A DNA stretch of 64,000 nt, taken from positions 1,107,154 to 1,171,153 of the forward strand of contig CAVPSJ010000004.1 of the NCBI GenBank assembly GCA_963708295.1, read 5' to 3'. This document shows, in pieces, positions 27,903-36,726 of the stretch (position 1 is the stretch's first letter; every line of letters starts with the position of its first letter). The notes under the pieces were generated by a model. That model did no database searches. It was not told the origin of the DNA and saw nothing but the letters and a program-made list of their open reading frames with translations. The DNA comes from an uncultured delta proteobacterium. Lineage in GTDB: Bacteria > Desulfobacterota > BSN033 > UBA1163. Position numbers and translations under genes: made by a program.

Positions 27903-28875
27903 ATGATCCCCATTCGAGATGCCGTTCGTTCGAAGAACTTTCCGGCGGTCAACGTCATCCTCATCGGCCTGAATGTCGTTGCCTTCTTATGGGAACTCGC
28001 TCAGGGCCCCCAGCTGAAAGATGCCTTTTATCTTTATGGAATCGTACCCCTCCGATACTCCAATCCGGAAATTTCCGCTCATTTCACAGGTTTCGAGCAG
28101 TACCTCCCTTTTCTGACCTCCATGTTTCTCCACGGAGGATTCCTCCATATCATCATGAACATGTGGTTTCTTTACATCTTCGGAGATAACATCGAAGACA
28201 GGCTCGGTCACATTCGATATCTCATCTTCTATCTCTTCTGTGGTGTGGCCGCCGGGCTGATCCATCTTTTCACGAATTGGAATTCGAATATTCCTACCAT
28301 CGGGGCAAGCGGAGCCATTTCAGGCGTCATGGGAGCTTATCTCCTCCTCTATCCCCGTTCCAAGATCCTGACATTGATTTTCATCTTCTTCTTCATTCAA
28401 TTCGTCGAAATTCCGGCCTTTATCTTTCTCGGAATCTGGCTCCTCCTGCAATTGCTTTCTGCGGGTTTCACACCGAGCAATGTCGGAGGCGTTGCCTTCT
28501 GGGCTCATATTGGCGGGTTTGTCGCCGGCCTTGTTTTTATAAAAATATTTGATGCCGTCCCAAGGACAGGTCTAAGCGGTAAGCTCTCTCAACACACCGG
28601 GCGGCAGAGGACCCCTCGTATTCAACCGCTTGCGCCTCTCTCCATTCCGGATGAGTTGGATCTTCACGGGATCATCAAGATCACGTCGAGAGAGGCCCGT
28701 TTCGGGACAAGAAAGATGATCTCCGTTCCTCAAGGACTGAGAAAGAGGCCTCTTATGGTTACGATTCCGCCTGGCGTAGAGGAAGGGACCCGCCTGCGTT
28801 TAAAGGGATTGGGGAAACAGGGTGAAGACGGGACGCGGGGAGATCTTCTTACTGGACGTCCACCTGATTGATTAG
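27903..28875 (+). CDS. Rhomboid intramembrane protease with C-terminal DnaJ_C-like domain
   Basis: HGGFLHIIMNM, GASGAISG (Ser), WAHIGG (His); tail ITSREARFGTRK..VTIPPGVEEGTRLRLKGLG..GDL; true stop is probably TAG 28875. Confidence 0.88.
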
Positions 28876-29026
28876 CAGGCTGCTGAAAAACGCCCATCTG
28901 CGGCGTTGCCCTCATCCTTCGTCGTTGCGGCGTACATCCAAGTACGCCTCACTCCTCAGGATTTCGGGCGCCTTGCATCTGGGCATTTTTGAGCAGCCTG
29001 AGAAAAATGACTTTTTCAGCAACCTG
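28876..29026 (+). mobile_element. MITE-like element, copy 2, flanked by TTAG direct repeats
   Basis: TIRs CAGGCTGCTGAAAAA / TTTTTCAGCAACCTG; TTAG at 28872-75 and 29027-30. Confidence 0.85.
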
Positions 29027-30346
29027 TTAGCCCGATTGCGGATAAGTTTTGGGAATCCTCTGAGCCTCTTTCCTTTTTCCAGGTACGGCTCTGATCTTCC
29101 TGGGGGCTGCCCACCAGATGCTCAGGCAGGAAAAAGAAGCACCCACCATCAAAATGAAAAAAACAGGCACATAGCTTCCTAGGGTATCATACAGAAAACC
29201 CGCAAACCATGCTCCGAAGGCCCCTCCCATGGCGACGAGCATCATGAGCCATCCAAAAATTCCGCCATAGGCTCTTCCTTCAAAAAGGTCGGCCGTGATA
29301 AGAGGAGGAAGGGCTGCGGTCGAAGCGTATCCCATCCCGAAAAAGACGGGGAAAAAGTACGTCAAAACAGGCGAGGGGAAGGCATCGAATAGGATCAGAG
29401 TGGTCAGTCCAAGCAGGTAACAGGCAGCGCCCATCGTATAAGTCATCTCTCTTCCAATCCTGTCCGAGACGGTTCCCCAGAGAATTTTACTTCCGAGACT
29501 GACCATTCCAACAATGCCGACAATATAGGAAGCGAAAAGGGCCTCCAGCCCATGATCTACAAAGAAAGCCACCTGATGTGCAAATACCGATTGGGTCACA
29601 AGACTGCTTAAAAGGGAGGAAAGGGCGAGGAGCCAGAATTGCCTCGTGGTGAGAGCCTCTCGTACGGTCCAGGACCGTGAAGCCCATTCTTGATTGACCA
29701 TCAAAGAGTTTTTCACAAAGGTCGGCTGACTTCCGATTCCAGTGTGAGTGAAAACCTTTCGGGGAGGTCTCTTCAAGAAGACAATGGCCATCGAAATAAC
29801 CACCAGAGGAATAGAAACAGCCATGACTCGATAAGCCATCCGCCATCCTGTCCGCGTAATGAGGTATTGGATCAAGGGAACGCAGACCAGAATTCCGATT
29901 CCTATTCCGGAAGAGATAATCCCCATGGGCAATCCCTTCTTCTCCTTGAACCACTGCTGCACCAGGACGACATTGGGAACCCACCCCGCAGTCCCTAACC
30001 CTAAGGCCGTCACGACACTGAAGAAGATATAGAAGTGCCACGCGGTCTGCGTGGTGCTGCACAGGGCGAGCCCCGCCCCCAAAAGGATCGATCCTAAGAT
30101 GATTATCTTTCGGGGACCGGCAGAGTAAACGAGGTTTCCTATGTAGGGGCCAATCGTACCGCTGACGATGATGAAAACGGAAAAGGCCCCTGCACCCATT
30201 GACCGACTCCAGCCGAATTCCTCCAAGAGGGCGACGAAAAAGACAGAAAAGGAATACCAGACTCCGTAGACAAGGCCCAGGGTTACGAAACTGAACCCCA
30301 CAGCGAACCAGGCAGAGTGTGAAGACATGTTCTCCCTCATGGACAC
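29027..30346 (-). CDS. MFS transporter
   Basis: About 12 TM segments; FSVFF..EFGWSRS, WFKEKKG, WGTVSDRIGR, AGFLYD. Confidence 0.92.
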   Translation of the reverse strand: MSMRENMSSHSAWFAVGFSFVTLGLVYGVWYSFSVFFVALLEEFGWSRSMGAGAFSVFIIVSGTIGPYIGNLVYSAGPRKIIILGSILLGAGLALCSTTQTAWHFYIFFSVVTALGLGTAGWVPNVVLVQQWFKEKKGLPMGIISSGIGIGILVCVPLIQYLITRTGWRMAYRVMAVSIPLVVISMAIVFLKRPPRKVFTHTGIGSQPTFVKNSLMVNQEWASRSWTVREALTTRQFWLLALSSLLSSLVTQSVFAHQVAFFVDHGLEALFASYIVGIVGMVSLGSKILWGTVSDRIGREMTYTMGAACYLLGLTTLILFDAFPSPVLTYFFPVFFGMGYASTAALPPLITADLFEGRAYGGIFGWLMMLVAMGGAFGAWFAGFLYDTLGSYVPVFFILMVGASFSCLSIWWAAPRKIRAVPGKRKEAQRIPKTYPQSG

Positions 30347-30759
30347 TTCTCTTTCTTAAGAAATTATAGGGGGGAAAGCAAGCTAAAAGTCAGGTTGAGA
30401 ATTGGACCTGACTCCAATATTTGCTTATCGGGAAAGGGCTGTGGCCGTGGGTGCGAGGATCATTCTGGAAAAGAGTTGAACGAAGATTTGGAAAAAGAGG
30501 GGTTCGGTAAGCATTCAAAGGTTTTTGCCGGAAAATAACCCTTGCAGGATGGGAAAGAACGTCCCAAGAAAGCTCGTCCTGATGTTAATGGCTTATATCA
30601 TAGAGAAATAGGGTAATTGACCGGGGAAAGGCTCATGAAAAATGGAGACAAATGGAGTAAAATGCAGATAAACACGTGAAAAATTTTCTTTACAGGAAAA
30701 TTGCTTTGTGCTAGTTTAAAATCGTGGCGGGAAGGGGACTCAACGCGGGAGGATCCGCC

Positions 30760-30936
30760 ATGGAAACAAAAGAGGGAGATACGGTGAGAAGCATTTTAAA
30801 TGGCGTCGAGTATAAGGTTAAGAAAATCGTAGAGAAGATGGCCGTTCTTGAATCGCAAGACGGGAAAAGTAAAATTGTCACAGAGGTTGATACCCTGAAA
30901 CTATTCTACCGGGATAAGGAGGACGTTAAGGCATGA
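30760..30936 (+). CDS. Small hypothetical protein
   Basis: RBS GGAGG; TTTACA-17-TAGTTT upstream; 58 aa. Confidence 0.55.
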   Translation: METKEGDTVRSILNGVEYKVKKIVEKMAVLESQDGKSKIVTEVDTLKLFYRDKEDVKA

Positions 30937-31041
30937 CAACAAGACATGATCAATCCCCTTCCCGCCACATCTTTTGCTTGCCCTGCATCGTCCCTCAGGC
31001 TTTATCCTCCAGTCGTTCTTCGATCCCGTGCTTTGTATCCT

Positions 31042-31427
31042 CTATCCGGAGAGGCTATTCAAGAAAATTCTTAGTTTTTCCATGTCCCCCGGTGAGATCT
31101 CAACAAACTTCACTCCGGTCCGATAATCTCCCCAGTTCCTCCCAGATGAATATCCACCCAAACCACCCGGACCAGTGTTTCGACGGTATTAAATTCAGTC
31201 CCGAAAGAAAAAAATAATTTCAACGACAGATACTGGCCAACCTCCATTTTTTCCGGCAGGTAGACGAGCAACCCCCCTTCACTGACATTGATGGCCTCAC
31301 CATGGGTGACAACCTAATTACTTTGAGCATATTCAACTGGTAAATCCACATTGAAGCGGGGATGTTTCCTCTTTTCAAAATTGACAGTTCCGTAACGGGG
31401 TTTGGTTCCTTCTTCCTCTTTTTTCAC
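31042..31427 (-). pseudogene. PilZ-domain protein with an in-frame TAG and one frameshift (absent from ORF track)
   Basis: EKRKHPRF (RxxxR) ... AINVSEGG (NxSxxG) ... RVVWV ... RTGVKF; RBS GGAGGG. Confidence 0.8.
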
Positions 31428-31772
31428 ATCATCTCCCTCCTGGTAAATTATTTTTCAAAAGTCCCCCTAACGAATCCACAAAAGAATGTTGAATAGTTGT
31501 GGAATCGGATTCTCTTCCGCTTGAAGGGAGCGGTCTCCACCATTTTGCTCAAAAAGTAGGCACAGATAAGTTCTTAAATAGATTTATAAATATTAAATAC
31601 TTGAAGATGCATTCCCAACGGAAAACCGTTATGGGGACCATAAGCCTTTCCCCAAAATATAATATGACCGCGGCGACAACACTTTAAGGAAACCCCCGCG
31701 TATATCCAATTCATTTTATTGAAAGTCCGGCTTTTCGCCTCCAGGTCTTTTTATCGTCCCGGACGTTCTAGG

Positions 31773-31789
31773 AGCAAAGGTCATACCAA
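31773..31789 (-). promoter_or_regulatory. Sigma54 promoter
   Basis: TTGGTATGACCTTTGCT on the minus strand (GG-N10-GC). Confidence 0.65.
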
Positions 31790-31869
31790 AACGAATGAAT
31801 AAGAAAATGTATTTGTTAACTTTTTGTAGTTACAGCGTTTCTCCAGGCTGACGGGGGATGGGAACCCAC

Positions 31870-31985
31870 TGTCAAAAGAGTGCAACGAAAGTTGACATCG
31901 TATTCGAACTATTCAAATAAGCTATTTAAATTCATCAATTAGCTCTCCAAACGAAAAAGTTGACAGTGCAAAAAAAGTTGCACCC
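31870..31985 (-). promoter_or_regulatory. Putative bEBP enhancer (UAS) sites; includes repeat copy D
   Basis: AAGTTGACAGTGCAAAAAAAGTTGCACC (31957-31984) and TGTCAAAAGAGTGCAACGAAAGTTGACA, 80-200 bp upstream of the sigma54 site. Confidence 0.55.
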
Positions 31986-32101
31986 TTTTATGCGCGAGAA
32001 AACTTCTGAAGCCCCTTAATCTGCCTCTTGGGGACCTTGCGTGAAGGGTAGAATGTGATATATTAAGAAGTTGAATAAAACAGGAGAAAGGAACCGCCTC
32101 C

Positions 32102-33838
32102 ATGGCCCAACCTCAGTTGTCACCTCCATCGGATTTTATAAGAGAAATCATTGATGAACACCTGCGGACCGACAGGTTTCAGGGACGTGTCGCCACCCGA
32201 TTTCCGCCCGAACCGAACGGATATCTCCATATCGGACATGCCAAGTCCGTCTGCCTCAATTTCGGGATCGCCGCGCAGTACGGCGGGACCTGCAATTTAC
32301 GGATGGATGATACGGACCCGAGCCGGTGAATCCCTCGAGTATGTCGAATCGATCATCAACGATGTCCACTGGCTGGGGTTCGATTGGGAAGATCGTCTAT
32401 TTTACGCCTCTGACTATTTTGAGCAGCTCTATCAGTTTGCCCTTCAGCTGATCAAGACCGGCAAGGCCTATGTCTGCAGTTTAAGCGCGGACGAAATCAG
32501 GGAATACCGGGGCACCTTAACCGAGCCGGGGAAAGAGAGCCCTTACCGCAACCGCTCCGTGGAAGAGAACCTGGACCTGTTCGCCCGGATGCGGGCCGGC
32601 GAATTCGAGGACGGGGCTCATGTCCTTCGGGCGAAGATCGATATGGCCTCCCCGAACATCCTCATGCGGGATCCGGTCATCTACCGCATCAAGCGAGCGA
32701 CTCATTACCGGACGGGAGACGAAGTGGTGCATCTATCCGATGTACGACTTTGCCCATTGCCTTTCGGATTCCATCGAAAAGATCACCCATTCGATCTGCA
32801 CCCTGGAGTTTGAAAACAACCGGCCCCTCTATGATTGGATTCTGGATCAGTTGAAGCTGGAATCCCACCCTCAGCAGATCGAATTTGCCCGTCTCAATCT
32901 CAGCTATACGATCTTAAGCAAGCGGAGACTGATCGAACTGGTGGAACAAGGAGCTGGTGAGCGGGATGGGACGATCCCGCGCATGCCCACCATCGCGGGG
33001 ATGCGAAGGCGAGGCTATACCCCGGAGGCGATCCGGAACTTTCTGCGAAAGGATCGGGGTCGCCAAGAATGAAAATCTTGTTGATATGCTCCTTGCTCGA
33101 GCATTGCGTCCGTGAGGATTTGAACGAAAGGGCGCCGCGCGTCATGGCCGTTTTGCGGCCCCTTCGGGTGGTCATCGACAACTATCCCGAAGACACAGGT
33201 GGAGGAGTTCGAATGCCCCAACCATCCCCAGAATCCCGGCATGGGATCACGGAGGGTCCCTTTCTCCAGAGTGCTCTACATCGAGCAGGAGGATTTTCTG
33301 GAAAATCCTCCAAAGAAGTTCTTCAGGCTGGCTCCCGGCAAAGAAGTGCGTCTCCGGTTTGGATACTTCATTAAATGTGTGAACGTGGTGAAAGATCCGA
33401 AGACAGGAAAAGTGACCGAAGTTCACTGCACGTATGATCCCGAGACGCGAAGCGGATTTGCTCCCGACGGCCGGAAGGTCGATGCCACCCTCCACTGGGT
33501 ATCGGCCGGTCATTCGCTTCCTGCCGAGGTACGATTGTACGATCGCTTCTTTCACATTTCTGATCCCACCGGCGACGGGGATGATTTTACGAAACACTTG
33601 AATCCGAGATCTCTGGAAATTCTTACCTCATGCCGTGTGGAGCCCGGCCTTGCGGGCGCGGCGTCCGGGAAACAGATACCAATTCGAAAGACTCGGCTAC
33701 TTCTGTACGGATATCAAGGACTCGTCCGCTAGAAAGCTTGTCTTCAACCGGATTGTCACCCTTCGGGATGCCTGGGCTAAGATTTCGGAGAAAGAGAAGA
33801 GAGTGAAGGACCCCGCCTTCGGAGGAATCAATGACTGA
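32102..33838 (+). CDS. glnS: Glutamine--tRNA ligase (several probable sequencing indels)
   Basis: [63 protein letters not shown] spread over successive frames. Confidence 0.95.
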
Positions 33839-34824
33839 AGAGATTTTGCCCAACCTGTACAGAATCGAAATTCCTCTTCCCCGGAGTCCCTTGAAAGCCC
33901 TCAACTCCTACGTCATCCGGGATACGGAACGAAATTTGATCATCGATACGGGATGGAATCAGGACGAGTGCCTGACCGCCATGCGGGCGGGTCTGAAGGA
34001 ACTCGGCGTGGATGCGAGAAGAACGGACTTTTTTATTACTCATCTCCATGCGGACCATTTTGGCCTGCTCTCGCAACTCGTCACGGAGACCTCAAAGATC
34101 TATTTCAACCAGCCAGATGCCGATCGGTTTAGAGAAGGGTTCCAGCCGGATCGATTTTGCTCGCTTCGCCCGTCTGAACGGTTATCCCGAGAATGAGCTT
34201 CAGGAAAGCCTGGATAGCCATCCGGCCTTTAAATTCAGGCTCAAAGAGGACCTGGTCTTTCATATCCTGAAAGAAGGGGATATCCTTGCCGTCGGAGATT
34301 ATCGGTTCAGATGTATTGAAACCCCCGGCCATACTTCCGGACATATGTGCCTTTACGAACCCCGCCGGAAGACCCTCGTGGCGGGAGACCATATTCTTAA
34401 CGACATCACTCCCAACATCCAGTTGTGGTCTGATGACAGGAACCCTCTGGAGGAGTATTTTGCAAGTTTGGACAAGGTCAGCGAGCTCGACATTGAGCTT
34501 GTATTGCCCGGCCATCGGAGCATTTTCACGAACTGCAAAGAGAGAATTCAGGAATTGAAGCATCACCATCAGAAGAGGCTTGATGAAATTATTTCCATTT
34601 TGGAAAAAGGCGACAAGGATGCTTTCCAGGTAGCCTCGGAGATGAGCTGGGATATTCTTTGCGACTCCTGGGATCTCTTTCCTGTTTCCCAAAAATGGTT
34701 TGCCACGGGGGAGGCGATCGCTCACCTAAAATATCTTAAGGAAAAGGGAATCATAAGAAGCGAAATGCGGAAGCAGAGGATTGTTTTTTCTCTGAACGGA
34801 GATCATGCAATGTATCTCGAATGA
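33831..34824 (+). CDS. MBL-fold metallo-hydrolase (frameshift near 34140)
   Basis: [29 protein letters not shown]. Confidence 0.88.
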
Positions 34825-34988
34825 GGGAGCTCCGGACAGCTGCTCAGCCCGGTGGCGAATCGCCTGTGATCCCACGACCGCTGGCGAGCGTGATGCGAGC
34901 AGAGGGAAATTTCATTGAATGTGATACGGTAGTTAAATCCCGCCTTCAAGAGGCTCGCTGGGGCAGCCGGAGCGACTGCCGGTCCTCC
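34824..34988. other. GC-rich, highly self-complementary intergenic element (possible ncRNA)
   Basis: Outer stem GCTCCG..GCTGCTCAGC / GCTGGGGCAGC-CGGAGC encloses several hairpins. Confidence 0.4.
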
Positions 34989-35116
34989 ACGCACAATTCG
35001 ATACGAGGAGGAAAAGTTAAGATTGGACGATTAGGCAATGAAGAAGCGAATTCGTTTACGTGTTCAATGATAACTTGGTGCATTGCTAACTTTTCATGAG
35101 TGGAGCTGCGGTAAGG

Positions 35117-35392
35117 TCAGGTTGTTATCAAAACATCTTTCGCAAAAGATTTCCGGATCCTGGCCTTTTTGAGGGGACTTTCCTGAAAGGAAAAATAATC
35201 AGCAGCGTTTTTATTGGGTTTGGATTTTGACTTCTCTTTATAAAGATTTTCGAGTCTTGTTTCCTGCCGTTCGGTTAACATTTGTTTTTGATCGAAGTCC
35301 CCCGATGCAGTTCTGATAAATTCGTCTTCATTCTTGGTTAATTTATACTGGCTCAATCCCGAGATGACCCATTCAAGCCTTTCTTTATTCAT
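35117..35392 (-). CDS. Hypothetical protein
   Basis: RBS AAGGAG; last gene of the RRM cluster. Confidence 0.65.
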   Translation of the reverse strand: MNKERLEWVISGLSQYKLTKNEDEFIRTASGDFDQKQMLTERQETRLENLYKEKSKSKPNKNAADYFSFQESPLKKARIRKSFAKDVLITT

Positions 35393-35436
35393 AATGACTC
35401 CTTTCCATCCTGATGACTGTCTTTAAGTTCTTATGG

Positions 35437-35703
35437 CTATCTCCCGCGGAAGCCGCGCTTGACGATCGCCTCTTTGACCAGCAAGTTTTTCCCCATGAAA
35501 TCCGTTCGGTTCAGCATAGAGACAGCTCTCCGGGCTTCCCATTGTGTTGACATCTCAACGAATGCAATCCCTCGCGGTTGGCCAGTCTGCCTGTCCGCTA
35601 CAATCTTGACAGACATGACGTCTCCAGCCTTGGAGAACAGCACTTTGAGTTCAGGCTCGCTGGCCTGGAAGGGGAGGTTGGCTATGTAAACCTTTTTATT
35701 CAT
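35437..35703 (-). CDS. RRM RNA-binding protein
   Basis: RNP2 VYIANL, RNP1 RGIAFVEM. Confidence 0.92.
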   Translation of the reverse strand: MNKKVYIANLPFQASEPELKVLFSKAGDVMSVKIVADRQTGQPRGIAFVEMSTQWEARRAVSMLNRTDFMGKNLLVKEAIVKRGFRGR

Positions 35704-35725
35704 ATCGTTCGCTCCTCAGAAATCT

Positions 35726-35893
35726 TTATTTACCGAAACACTCGGTACACAGCAGTTTTTTGTCATCCGGTGGGGGAACGGGGGTAACCACTTCCTTTCC
35801 GCAACCCGAACACAGAACCTTGTAGGATTTTGGATGCCTCAAATGGCTCGGTTTTGAAGCATGGAACCTGCCGTGTCTTCTTCGCTGTATCAT
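35726..35893 (-). CDS. CxxC-x17-CxxC zinc-ribbon protein (55 aa, absent from ORF track)
   Basis: MIQRRRHG...VLCSGC-GKEVVTPVPPPDDKKLL-CTECFGK. Confidence 0.75.
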   Translation of the reverse strand: MIQRRRHGRFHASKPSHLRHPKSYKVLCSGCGKEVVTPVPPPDDKKLLCTECFGK

Positions 35894-35923
35894 TGGTTCA
35901 ACCTCTTTTCTGCGGAATCCGAA

Positions 35924-36226
35924 TTAATAACGGTTCCCGCGACCGCTATAATCCATTCGTCCACCCCCGGTCCTTCCCTGATCGGCACGGGGCCGGGCCT
36001 CATTCACACTGATCTCTTTGCCCAGGAGGTCCTTCCCGTTAAGGCTCTTTATGGCCGTTTGAGCCTGAGACTGCGTGGGCATCTCCACAAAACCAAAACC
36101 CCGGGACTGGCCATTGTACTTGTCTTTGATCACTCTCGCCGAAGTTACCTCGCCGAAGGATTCAAAAGCCTCCCGAATCGTTATATCGGTTGCCTCATAG
36201 GATAAGTTTCCCACATAAATATTCAA
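35924..36226 (-). CDS. RRM RNA-binding protein
   Basis: NIYVGNL, RGFGFVEM, VNEARPR, Gly/Arg tail; TTG start. Confidence 0.93.
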   Translation of the reverse strand: MNIYVGNLSYEATDITIREAFESFGEVTSARVIKDKYNGQSRGFGFVEMPTQSQAQTAIKSLNGKDLLGKEISVNEARPRADQGRTGGGRMDYSGRGNRY

Positions 36227-36506
36227 TTCTTCATTCTCCTTTTCTTGAGACTACCCCGTTAGAAACCCTGATGCTTTCAGCAGGGTTTATTACGGGATCA
36301 GACGGAATAATTCTTGTTCCAGTCACGTGAAAAATTGTCATGAGTCCACGTTTTCCATTTCGAAGAGACAATTTCGTGGCGGACGATGATCTCCTTTTCT
36401 TTTTCCCTTCCGCCTTCAACTTTGATTTCTTTCACGCCCCCCTTTCCTTGCTCCTTGTCCAATGTAATTAGCATCTTAACCTCCGTCTCGGCTTTTGTGT
36501 TGACAC

Positions 36507-36547
36507 AAAAAAGCCCGCAAAGAAGTCGTTTAGAGTTCTTGCGGGCA
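36507..36547 (-). terminator. Terminator-like hairpin in the leader of the RRM cluster
   Basis: GCCCGCAAGAA-11nt-TTCTTTGCGGGC-TTTTTT on the minus strand. Confidence 0.6.
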
Positions 36548-36726
36548 TAAGCTATAAGCCTAAAAGGCTCTGTGCAACTTGGATTTGGTTAAATTATAAC
36601 CTAATTTATGTTTAAGAGCAAGAAAATATGTCCGATCGATCTCTTTCGCCTTGATAAAGGAATTCCAGCAGAAATTCTTTTCCAGATGGAGTTGCCGGAA
36701 AAGATGATATATTTTAAAGATTCTCT

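Noticed and set aside
28868-29182. 104-aa ORF MISRLLKNAHLRRCPH...
   Set aside because: It is the translation of the MITE plus antisense MFS sequence.
31314-31316. In-frame TAG in the PilZ gene as possible pyrrolysine
   Set aside because: The position is non-catalytic, the gene also has a frameshift, and no pyl genes are in view.
32327-32329. TGA in glnS as a possible selenocysteine; likewise TGA at 46887 and 58321
   Set aside because: Homology continues in a different frame and these are not Cys positions, so they are indel artefacts.
34824-34988. Cobalamin riboswitch, 6S or RNase P identity for the structured element
   Set aside because: Only a loose AGCCGGAGCGACTGCC resemblance; B12 box, GAGGAAAGTCC and 6S motifs are missing, and no co-oriented gene follows on the plus strand.
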